Source: Phoronis australis (taxonomy: Eukaryota; Animalia; Phoronida). Taken from it: 64,000 nt of DNA. Within the stretch, counting starts at the first letter, position 1; each line of letters opens with the position of its first letter. The notes under the pieces were generated by a model. The model saw nothing but the letters and a program-made list of their open reading frames with translations, was not told the DNA's origin and ran no database searches. Below are positions 53,103-64,000 of the stretch, one piece after another. Location: positions 194,880-258,879 of the forward strand of contig NMRA01000593.1 of the NCBI GenBank assembly GCA_002633005.1, read 5' to 3'. The position numbers were made by a program, and so were the translations under genes.

Positions 53103-54101
53103 CCGTATTCGTCCTGAATAAGTGTTCGGGTGCTCAGAAAAATTCCGTTTGGGGGGGTGCTTATTGTAACTTGAGGCAGTTGAAACCCATTCTCCAAAAC
53201 GGGTGAAATCGGAAGTTGGGATTCATCAAATTTACGCTCTGTGATGTATCTGTAACCTATCACAGACTTTCTACAAAACTGTGGTGTATATCAAACTTCA
53301 TTGTTAAATTACGATCATTTTACAGAAAATTGTGCTGAAATCCGAGGGCAACAACTCGCCGATGTGTCACGATTGCCGATAAGGCAACTTGAATAAAAAT
53401 ACGACTTAACAAATAACCTGAAATCCTCACTTAAGTTTTTCAAATAGGGTCCTAAGATTTTTAAGTTCCTGTGGAGTCGGGATTAACAGCAGGTTAAGTC
53501 CAAATCTGTGCAAGATTGTACCCCACAACACAAGAAAAATCTGGACAAACTCCTCGGAAAACACGTTATCACATGACGTTTCTTTTGACTGGAATGCTTT
53601 TATCACCAATTTTTTTTTACTCGTGAGACAGTCGTCAGCTGAATGGCACGCTTTGAGTACCAGTCTTCGATTCGCGGTTTTCGCGTGTACAAAGAAACTT
53701 AGAATCACGTTGAACGAAAAGAATTGGAAACTATACGTGAAAGATTCAATCCCGTTGACAAGTACGCCGTGTCTGTTCTGAACGACCAGACCATAGTGGG
53801 AGACATTCCTCGGGAGATTAGCAAAACTGTTGCATTGTTTTTGAAGCACGGCGTAAGGTTGAAGTGTAGCCACGGCTATATACCAACACAGTGGCGAGGC
53901 TGGTGGTCTAGAAATTCTGTGCACAATTTTTTTCAGGACTGTTGGATCTTGTTGATAAATTGAAGACATTACTCTAGAATTTCAGGACTGTAGGTAAGGC
54001 ATTTTTCACATGTACACGCTCATGGTCTGGGCACTTATTTCAGCAAAGTCTGAAAACAGGAGTGCTTGAAGGGGCATGAGCACTTATTACGCCAAATACG
54101 G
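53103..54101 (+). mobile_element. ~1-kb non-autonomous Tc1/mariner (Tc2-like) element, TA TSD, carrying a HIRAN-like pseudogene
   Basis: TA|CCGTATTCGTCCTGAATAAGTG ... CACTTATTACGCCAAATACGG|TA; CCGTA termini are typical of TcMar-Tc2 elements. Confidence 0.8.
53643..53930 (+). pseudogene. HIRAN-like domain pseudogene
   Basis: MARFEYQSSIRGFRVYKET*NHVERKELETIRERFNPVDKYAVSVLNDQTIVGDIPREISKTVALFLKHG, then a frameshift into GGLEILCT. This fits the RG..VYK..W / RE..N..D..AV.V / VG.IP HIRAN pattern, with a TAG where W is expected. Confidence 0.7.
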
Positions 54102-57100
54102 TACCTTTCTTTCAAGCTAAATTTTACTAAAATGACAGGACCACATGTCCAATTAATGCCATATTGGTATGAAGACAAAATCAAACACTGCAGGATTATT
54201 TCGTTCAGAAAATATATCTTTTTACCAAGTTACGTGTTGCAAGTTTTATAAATATTTTGTTCAATACACAGACATGTTGCTAAGGTTGCAAATAACTTTA
54301 AAAAGCAAATAAAGGCAAAATACCAATGGCCTGAGTAAAAATATACAAGGGACATTCACATAACTCGCCGCATCATATATATTTCTTTATAACAGTTCGT
54401 TCTGGTAGTCAGACTCATTTCGAAACCTCTGCCCCACTACAGTATTAATTTCAACCAGAGTCTCATATTTATTTTCAGAAGTTCCCCAAACACAGACAAG
54501 ACAGGTTTCAATGCTATGGCTTGCCAATTGAGGTATAATTATGATCAAATATTCCCAATTTCAAGAACAAGTAATCGCTAAAATTGGTTGTTTTTCAATT
54601 TTGAAAAGCTAATTTCATTGCAAATGCTCGCAATTACTTAAAACATTGTCCGATAGTCATTACTGTGTAGAACTTAAAAATGTTAAAAGTATTCATTTAG
54701 TACTACGTTTGTATCTATTATATGTATAAATGAAAAAGTAAAATTCCACTTGTCCGCCATATTGCTTTTCACAAGTTGGTGAGACTTTACCTTACAGTCA
54801 ATGGTACACCTAATTGCTTTGTATGCATGAGTGCCACCAATACACTCAATGACCATGTTCTTATGCCTCAGCACTTTCATACAGGTTTTATCCTGCATTC
54901 AATCTCTGTGACAATTGTAGTTCATTATAAACAGAAGCATTTCACAGTCCTTGTGTCATGGACATATATTATAATTTAAACAGATCCAAAACAATGACGA
55001 AATAGTAATCAATAGGTCAATTTTTTTCGTAAAAGTACGAGTTCATTTAGTGTACAACCCTCTTGCTGATTCCACATAGTCTAAGATAGCGTTCGCATCA
55101 TGTTTCTCTAATTATTGCATGCATCTGTTGAATTTTTCAATAAAAAATACATTAGCAACCAAACATGCTTGCAAGAAAAAAGAAAATGCAAAAAAGAAAT
55201 TTATTACTTATTCTAATTACCGTACACAAAACTTAAATTCTATAAAAAAGTACATCTGTAAATTTACCTTTTCAGCACCTGTTGTTATTTCTGAATACAA
55301 TTAAAATTTAGTAGTTTTGTTAACTGGAAACATAAATTAATCAATGAAAATGAAATGTGTCACATTGCAACTAACCGACAAGAAACTAGGAACTACTATC
55401 CATTCTTGCACAATTCAAATTAATACTTCAAATCTACTTCAGTTTTATGTTCACATTATATATTTTTTCAGGTATAAATCCTTTTAACTTCAACATCAGT
55501 AACAAGCATGACTGTGTTCTGTTCAGGTTCAGTGACTTTACTAGATGTAGGGGGTTGTGAGCCTGTGATATAACATCTAGCTCCTTTGTTAACTGCCAAG
55601 CACATTCTTTTGTCAGGTAGGACAACAGGCAGGCCAATTATCTACCAGGCTTACTACAGACCATTTGTGATCACAATCAAATCCAGAGGGAATTGCTAGG
55701 TTTGGAATTTTGGCAATTCAAAAACTAAACTTGATCAGCATTTGATGAGGAATTCAGAAATGCTATTGGTTTATGTTAATTAAAATATGTTAGGTAACTT
55801 AACTTTTATTTTTAACAGCACAGCCCAGTTAGGCTAGACACGATCTTGTAGAAGATTAAAGCAATTATGGTAATGTGGGCAATCCGAAGCATTGAACATG
55901 CACACACGACTGCATCGACTGCATTGCAAACAGTTTGAAAAAGACTCTAGGTGGCGCAGAATGAATTGAACATGTCTGAAATTGGAAAGGCTTTGTAATG
56001 TCTTCCTCACAAAAACCTTTTTGCAAATTTCATGAAAATCTACCCAGGAGCTTAAAAGATGCTGAGTCCAACACAACAAATAGAATTGCTACTATTGCAC
56101 AGGCCACATACAGACTTGCCCCAGAACAAGTTACTCCTGCAAAGGAACTGTCGATAGGTGTTGAGCGCTGTGTGGATGCTATTTAAACTGGCGCAACTTG
56201 TCCCACTTGTGATGACTTACCCCAATTTATCGAGGTAGGGCAATTAGTTCCAGGGTAACTAATGCGCCACATCTAATTCTCGTGAGGCCTCAAACCTGGG
56301 GCAAGGTGGAAGTAATTATCACCTTCGGTTAAATGCACGAGGGTTTTGTCTTGCGTGTCGTATTCACATTAGGTGTTCAATGTCACGCACAGAACGACAA
56401 CTTCTGCCTTAGCCTAGTTATCGATATGTGTGTGTCAACGCCCCACTTAAAGCTGGGTTTGTGCAAGTTGTTCTAGTGTAGGCAGTGAGTGGACAGGACT
56501 TATGAGGCACAGCAGTAGTCAGATATGTCTGAAAGACGTCGTCACCTGCTGCCAAGTTGATATGAATGCAATTGTCATATTTCACTTAGATCCTGCAAGG
56601 GGTTTAGGAGACATAACTGTGGATGCAAAAAATTGCCACCCAGGGGACCACAGCTGTCAAACCCCTCCGACAATGAACATCTAAGTCATAGTATTGTCAG
56701 TAGGAAAACCTTTTGTTAATTTTCTTAATGAACCTTGAGCAGTTTCAGTTGGTGGTAGAGGCTGACACGGAAAAATATTCAAAAATAATAAAAATGGCCG
56801 CTAAGTAGCGGAGAAAATGTCAAAAAAAAAAGAAATATGTTACTTACTCAATAGAAACCCATTTGCTAAATTTCAAGGAACTCCGAAGATACGGGTACTA
56901 CGTGGCACAGATCTGCCCAACAATCATCATCAACTCAGTGAAAAGCATTTTCAAAAGTCTGCATTTTGGTTATCCCATACAGTGGATACATGTGGAAGAA
57001 ACCTAGTGTGCATCTGTCAGGAACAATGTGCCTTTTCAAATGTTTACGATTTAGTTCAAAAGTTTGCATTTCTCAATTTTTAAAAACTCAGTGGAAACAT

Positions 57101-58942
57101 GTGGAAAATTGACCATACGTTAATTGTGCTAGAATTCACCATACTAACCTAGTTGCAGCACACAGGTCACAGAAGTCTCTGGTCTACAAACAGAACTGCC
57201 TGATGTAGATCAACCTCTCAGAGGTTCACTAAACACTAAGCAATGAACTATACCTGACACAACTGGTGAGTTGGTCTTACATAAGGCTGACAAAAGGTCA
57301 TTATTAGGAGAACTGTGCCAACAATAATTGGACACTGACCTTATAGGGCCTGAGGTAGTCACTTATTACTGATTTGCCCTGAGGTACATGTATTGTGTTT
57401 GCTCTGAATTTTAAGGTGCACTCACTCCCCTCTCCTATCATTAAGGCCCATACTAGTTGACAAGCAGCAAATGGCATAAGCAACAGCTGATGTGGCACAA
57501 ACATGTGTGCCAACACTGCCATGAAACACCTAATGCCCTTTCTGACACTGGTTTAGAGTGGTAGAGCAAGTAGCACTTGATCAGTTGCTCTGCTGTGCAT
57601 GAACTTGGAATTGAATATTCTAGGCAAAAAAAAATTTTTTCTTCCGTGAAAAGAATTTTTGAAATTATTGGCCTCGCGATCAACCATTTTCTCCTTTACT
57701 GTAACTAATGTCGCTGAAGTGGAGAGATACGTGAATGGCTAAATCGATTATTGTTTGGTGAAACTGATCGCCCGTAGCTGAAAAGGTTGGTAAAAATTGA
57801 CATTATTTTATTCAAATGTAACTTGATTAAGTGCAGTGCAAATTTTTATGAACATGAACGTGATTATTTGAGTGAACTTTTCAAATTGCCTTACATATTC
57901 CAAGTTCACGCAACACACTTCCGCTTAACCTCGAGATTAAGCAGAATTCCAAGTTCACGTACAGCAGCTCCAGTGTCTCAACACAAACTGGGGCAAGGTG
58001 GAAGGGGTCATCTGCGTTACGCTGGTGGAACAGCGCACATACAGGTGATAGGTTTATGTTAGATAATGTAGCGTCTAGCACTATTTTAGGCTTTATTGGA
58101 TAATAATTCAACTGTCCTAAGGAAAGAATTAGTATCAAGCAAATAAAAAGGTGGAAGTTTCAAAAAAAGAATCAAAAGTTGATGCGAAAAGAGATGGAAA
58201 ATTAGGATACCCACCCATTTGTAGGGAGCTTCAATGAAAAGGACACCTTCAAAGAGTTTTGATACAGAAACACAGCCTGAAAATTAAATAAACCTACATA
58301 ATGTTGTCTTTTAAACTCATTAATATAAGGAAGAAGAGATAACACATTTTCAAACATGAGTGCATTTTTTGTATCCCAAGTTTTACAGACAATAATAAAA
58401 ACCTTTGGTAGGACTGTTTTTGCAGAGCTTCTAACTTTCAACGGTGAGGAGAGTTTACTGGAACACTAGGCAAGCTTTTGCAGGAAAGCTGTGAAAAAGT
58501 CACCCCCCTGTGAGCTGCACATCGATACCTCTTCTAGGTGTACCCGGTGAGATTGATGTCCTATGCAGTCGAGTTGTATGTGGGTCTAGTATCATGAACG
58601 ATTTTTACCAAGTCGAACAAATGTCGGGACAAAATAGGATATGACCTCTTTGACTACCTCAAATTATGGAACACTTTATTAATAAGAAAATAGTGAAGTC
58701 TTGATGGGCTGTGGCTGAAATCTTGTTACTCTTGTTACTGTGGTAACATCTTATCAATTTATGAAAAGTGAAAATTTGTTTATTTTTCATTTTTTCATAA
58801 AAGATTAAGTAACACCATAATGACCACATGCCAAGACATTTAAAAGATCTATACCACAGCCACCATCAGACAATGGTACCTCGTTCATCCAAGGGGGAAA
58901 GTGCCCGTGTCTTCTTTCGGGTGATGGGGAAATTCTACCTCC

Positions 58943-59436
58943 CAGGGCTTGGAATGACCAATGACAAAAAACGCGGAAACTTTGAAACTTTTACGGCCCA
59001 AATCATGCCCGATAACCAGCTTTGAATTGGTCAATGTGAACCTTTCCGCGACAAAAATCGGGAGGACTTTAAAAAAAAAAAAAAAACGTTACTACCATCA
59101 GTAGCATGCGTCTGCGTCCTTTTAGCTCACCCGTCCACTCCCAACCCACACATTTTTGGCTGCAGAGCGGTAGTATTTGTCGCCGCGCTTAACAATAACA
59201 TGAGACGCTCTTGAAAATCCCACCACGCTGTCCCAGATGCCCCGGCAATGTTGACAATTTACGTTCCTCCGAAACATAAAGAGCAACTTCCGCTTTTCGA
59301 GATGAACGTCGTCTGCAACGCCGAGGTAAGAAAGGAATTTGCCGCGGAAATTTTATATCAAATCCGATTTTTTTACGCGGAAAGCACATTTGAAAAAAGT
59401 GGAAATCCGCGTTTCCGCGGAAAATTCCAAGCCCTG
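58943..59436 (-). mobile_element. MITE, second copy (inverted) of the 20026-20526 family, 6-bp TSD ACCTCC
   Basis: CAGGGCTTGGAAT...ATTCCAAGCCCTG; ACCTCC at 58937-58942 and 59437-59442. Confidence 0.9.
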
Positions 59437-60886
59437 ACCTCCTGATCACCATCAGTAGCACCCTCCCATCCTGTTGCAAGCTCTCATAGGCTCTGCCTCA
59501 AATAGCGAAAACCAACTTATGCTCTTCAAATAAATTGTCACCTGCGTGAGTTACAAGTGATTCGAACTAAGATGGGAGTTTTTCAATCACTTGAGGGGGA
59601 TTTTTGGGCCTTGTGAGGGTAATTTCTAGTGATTTTTCAATATTTTTCAGAGGGCAATAGGGTCGATATTCGGCCCCACAATCAAAGGATTGAGGGTCCT
59701 GTTATTATAGATTGGTCACCCAAATGAGAAAAAGAAGTGGCTCAAACTCGGTCATTTTGGGTACTGAAAAACAAAACTATAAGACCACTGAAAGCCAAAA
59801 CAATTTGCATATATGATAGTTGAGGAAATTATTCCATCATTTCTAACTTTCTCACAAAAATAACAGACAAAATTATTTGTGTACAATGTCCCAAACAATG
59901 GAAACCAAAATGTTTTCTATATCCACACAGTAATAACCAAGCAAACAACAGACTTATCTTAATCTCTGATTTTATTCCCATGTTTTGAAAACAATTTTTT
60001 GAGACTTAATACGTTTCTGGTATTCCGAACCGCAGCTTACAGAAGAACAATTTAATCCGTTAATCCGTGTTATAAACATCAACCCTACAGCTGGGATGTA
60101 AGTACACAAGTGTATTTTAATAAAGAACATACACACCCCATTCACACTGGAATCTTAAATATAGTCACACATGTCATAATCAGATTGTTAGACAAACAGT
60201 CCTTCCACAGAGATCCACGTTTTTCTAAAATGTTCAGAATTCAAGAACACAAAATTTCGCTTGTCGGCCATATTTTGAGTTAAGTACCATACTAACTGGC
60301 AAAGTCTTCAGGCCATACACCAGATATGAATGGAAAAATGCATGTTATACAAAAACAACTCGTCAAATTTGTAATTCATACAACCAAAAATGCAAATATA
60401 CAAATAGATCAAAGGTAAATGGGAGCACACCTGTTCACTGGGATTAACATTAAGTTACATTAATCAAAGCTTCCAACAAAATGGAAATTATGGGGTGTTT
60501 TATCTGCCCCTACCTCCCCCCCCCCCGGGCGATAACTCTTTTCTTTCAGTATCCGAAGAAATACAGTGATTATACTCGGCCCACATGATTTTGCTGATCA
60601 ATATTCATATCCGGGGTGCCCCTACGTTCCCACATCCATTCACAACTCTAAGAGTGATACATTACACCCTGTTCAGAACATTCATTATCATTTCCAACAA
60701 TTATCATGCTGGGCTTATCTGGCGTATTCATAATGTTGACAAAAGAAACTAAGTGAAATTCCTGTAGTCAATGCAAAGAGGAGGGGGAATGTTTGGAGAG
60801 ACTGACAGCGAAAGCATCAACTGAGATATTTGCCATAAGCAACAACCGGATGAAATGATCCATTCTATCCCATTTTGAGAACTGAG

Positions 60887-61940
60887 CACAAGCGGAATTC
60901 ACCAGCAATTTTCACAATCATCCTTTGAGCGGTTTGGTTGACAGAGGGGTGGACGCAAAAATACAGACTCGAAAACAGTACAAATGGCCACTAGGTGGCG
61001 CAAACTATGTCGAATCCATCTGAAAACGGGAGGATAGCGTCATCTCACTAATAGGTGCCTACATACCAAATTTCATGTAAATCCGTTCAGGACTTTTGAA
61101 GATACAAAGATAAGCGTAACAAAATAAAATTGCCACTAGGGGGCACACTGGTAGTCGGATCCGTCCAAAAGTCGTCATCTTCCGTTGTTAACATCATATA
61201 AATATATTTACACAATTTCGTAAAGATCCTGCGAAAGGTTTAGGAGATACAGCCATAGGCGCAAAAAAAACAAAACTGCCACTAGGAGCGCCACAGTAGC
61301 CAAAATCGTCGGAAAATCATCGTCAACCGTCCTCTACATAGTAAGCATATACATGCCAATTTTCACAATCATCCTTTGAGCGGTTTGGTTGATAGAGGGG
61401 TGGACGCACAACAACAGACTCAAAAACACTAAAAATGGCCACTAGGTGGCGCAAACTATGGCAAATCCATCTGAAAACGGGAGGATAGCGTCATCTCACT
61501 AATAGGTGCCTACATACAAAATTTCATGAAAATCCGTTACGGACTTGTGAAGATACAAAGGTAAGCGTAAAAAAATTAAAATTGCCACTAGGGGGCACAA
61601 CGGTAATCGGATCCATCCAAAAGTCGTCATCTTTCGTTGTTAACAACATACCAAATTTCATGAAAATCCGTTCAGGACTTTTGGAGATACAAAGGTAAGC
61701 GTAAAAAACTAAAATTGCCACTTGGGGGCGCACCGGTAGTCGGATCCGTCCGAAAGTTCGCACATGCCGTCCCATTCATGAATGGAACATATGTGCCAAA
61801 TTTCATGAACGTATGTCAAAGTGTTTTGGAGATAGAGCAGCGGACGCCGGACGCCAGACGCCGGACGCCGCCCGGACGGACGGACGGACAGAGATGACGG
61901 CATAATGCGTTCACATATAAATATGTGGGCGCATAAAAAT
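60887..61940 (-). mobile_element. HINE/DINE-1/pearl-like non-autonomous Helentron with tandem ~146-bp core repeats
   Basis: The minus strand begins TTTTTATGCGCCCACATAT..ATATGTGAACGCAT (hairpin), then a (GTCC)n/GGCGTCC microsatellite, then 6-7 diverged ~133-160-bp monomers with a ~451-bp higher-order duplication (60907.. vs 61358..). Confidence 0.7.
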
Positions 61941-63023
61941 CAATAGAAGCTCGTTTAAATTGCTTCAACTATGGTGTGGATTGTTAAATGTAAACAATGC
62001 AGTAAAATTTAATTCCGAATGATAAACTTCCCGTCTAAAATGATGTAAAAAACCTAATTTGACTGAACACAGTGCCACCTCCTGAGGTCTTGCTTAGTGG
62101 AATAAAGTGCCACCTATTGACAAAAAGTACTCTGAGTCCAAAAGAGCCCAAGGGGATTTTCAGAAAAAATGAGGATAAAAGTTCTTTTGGAAACTTAAAT
62201 TGCCACCCACTCAATCATGGGTTATTAGTTCCAAGAGAAAGGTTTCACTTGATATATTTTGACAGTCCTTTGAAAGCCCAAAAATTGAGGAATATTGTCA
62301 CCTTGCCAACATTCTCCACATGTTATAGACATGCAAAATGATTCCAAGCCTTGTTTCTGAAAGAGCACTTGCAGGGGCTATAATTGGAAATACCCAGTAA
62401 CTGTTCAGTCACACAGAATTCAAGTATCAAACATAAGAAATGACAGAGATGTTCTTACCCAACAATGCAAGGGACAAAGATAACCTTTTTCGGATAATTT
62501 TCACTAAGAATACAAAACAGTTTTTACCTCAGTCAACTTTTAAACATTATATACTATTCTTCTGATTCTTATTAACGATACATGCAACTATAGTAAGATG
62601 ACACCCGTTGGCCAAACTGCAATCTATTTCACTGAGAAAACTCAATGACCAACTCAACTCGGACTGAGATCAAGTTGCTCAATGCTCAAGGCTTAGTGTG
62701 AAATACGCAGCAGAAACAAGACAGCATCACATCACCTCAGTAATGTTGCATGCACAGTTCATCCAGGAAAAAGAAACATTAAGTAATACTGAGATATTTC
62801 TGCGGAAACCAGACATTTGTACTTTAATTAAAACCAGCATTGCCACAAAACTTTGCCTCGTTGTGTGCCTTATCGTTTGCCATCAAATCTATGGTACGCA
62901 TAAATATCAGGGCCACAGGTCATGTGACACACCACTGACTAGTGGGAAGTAACCCATGAAGAAGATACGATATCCACAAATGTTGAGTCACTATACTACC
63001 GGCGCCCTCTCATGCTGTCTTAC

Positions 63024-64000
63024 CTTTTTCTCCTGCTGTTTCTGCTGCTGTACCATGCTCATATACTTCTGCATCACAGGGTCTATCCCTTCATCAGCTG
63101 TACTCTGTTTCTCTTCTCCTGCCTCCTGAGATTCCGCCTTTTCTACAGACTCCAGCTGCTCGCTGTCTGCCATTCTTTTATCTTCTGCTTCTCTCGCCGT
63201 CTGCTGTCTTTTCTCCTCTTCTTCTTTCTGAAACACAATTACAGCAGACAACATGAAGTGTATTGTTTTACTGAGGATTACGACCTTCGTCAGACAAAAT
63301 CTTGTGAATTTTTCAGCAACGTAACTGTGTGTAGTGATTCATACTCCATACCAAACTTTATTTGCATTCGAGGACAGAGCCCCAAAGTACAATAACAAAC
63401 AGACAAGCACAGTTATATAATAAACATTGAGTTAAACAATTTTTCTCTACGCACTGTGGCTAAAAGTAATATACAAACTTTACAATGTTTGCATCAGTGG
63501 TACTCAAATTCAAAATCTATCATTATCTGTACAAAACATTCACTGCATCACTTTCCATCAGGCAAGTTGACCTAATTGCTGAATGTCTCTGTAAGCACAT
63601 CACTGAAATCGACAAGAATACAATGTAAAGTTGACACCCAGATACCATCCAAAAGTTATAATTATTTTCACATAAGGAACAGTCGTTCTTTCAAGCTGAC
63701 AACAGTGACGCAGCATGCCTGTTCTGCCCCAAATGACTGCTGTAACACTCATCATTTTATACAAACCCAGACATCTCGTTTCAACTTTATCCCTATAGCA
63801 CTTCACCAAAATATAAACCACACAACAGCTATGAAATAGATTAGCTTTCAAATGAGCATGGACACTTGTAAACAGAAACACGGATGACTTCCTGATCAAG
63901 TCGGAGAGGTCAGCCAACTTTTTCAATAGTACTTAATGATAACCACTTCTTAAAAACCAGCACACCTTCTTAAGCTCCTCCAGCTCTCGCTGAGCACGCT
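63024..64000 (-). CDS. OFD1: Two internal 3'-region exons of a coiled-coil centriolar protein, probably OFD1
   Basis: Exon >64000-63966 (RAQRELEELKK|GT) splices in phase 0 to exon 63227-63024 (KEEEEKRQQ...GIDPVMQKYMSMVQQQKQQEKK|GTAAG). DPVMQKYMSMVQQQ resembles the OFD1 C-terminal motif as I recall it (human NPLEKYMKIIQQEQ). The terminal exon(s) were not located. Confidence 0.6.

Noticed and set aside
58880-59470. OFD1 terminal exon interrupted by the MITE
   Set aside because: Removing the MITE gives a short frame, but it does not match the phase-0 donor at 63024 and shows no recognisable similarity.

Overview
AT-rich, intron-rich animal genomic DNA, probably a protostome invertebrate (NR1J-type P-box; Academ, RTE-X and HINE repeats). 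Four spliced genes can be rebuilt by hand with consistent GT-AG phases. (1) A minus-strand gene at <576-6713 encodes an unusual CUE-like / disordered / RING1-IBR / PARP-catalytic fusion, with its 3' end outside the window. (2) A complete 15-exon CFAP58 (CCDC147) lies at 12214-23176 (+), about 883 aa. (3) An HR96/NR1J-type nuclear receptor lies at 28408-51332 (-), about 478 aa, with a 15.5-kb repeat-filled intron. (4) Two 3'-region exons of a probable OFD1 lie at 63024->64000 (-). The non-coding DNA holds a decayed Academ transposon with intact ends, an RTE-X-like LINE fragment and two copies of a CAGGG-ended MITE with 6-bp TSDs. It also holds Tc2-like elements carrying a decayed HIRAN-like ORF, a tRNA-cored inverted-repeat element, a foldback array duplicated across an N, a HINE-like element with six CTCF-like motifs, minisatellites and a 340-N gap. 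The most notable item is the RBR-half/PARP fusion. All family assignments come from recalled motifs, not from database searches.
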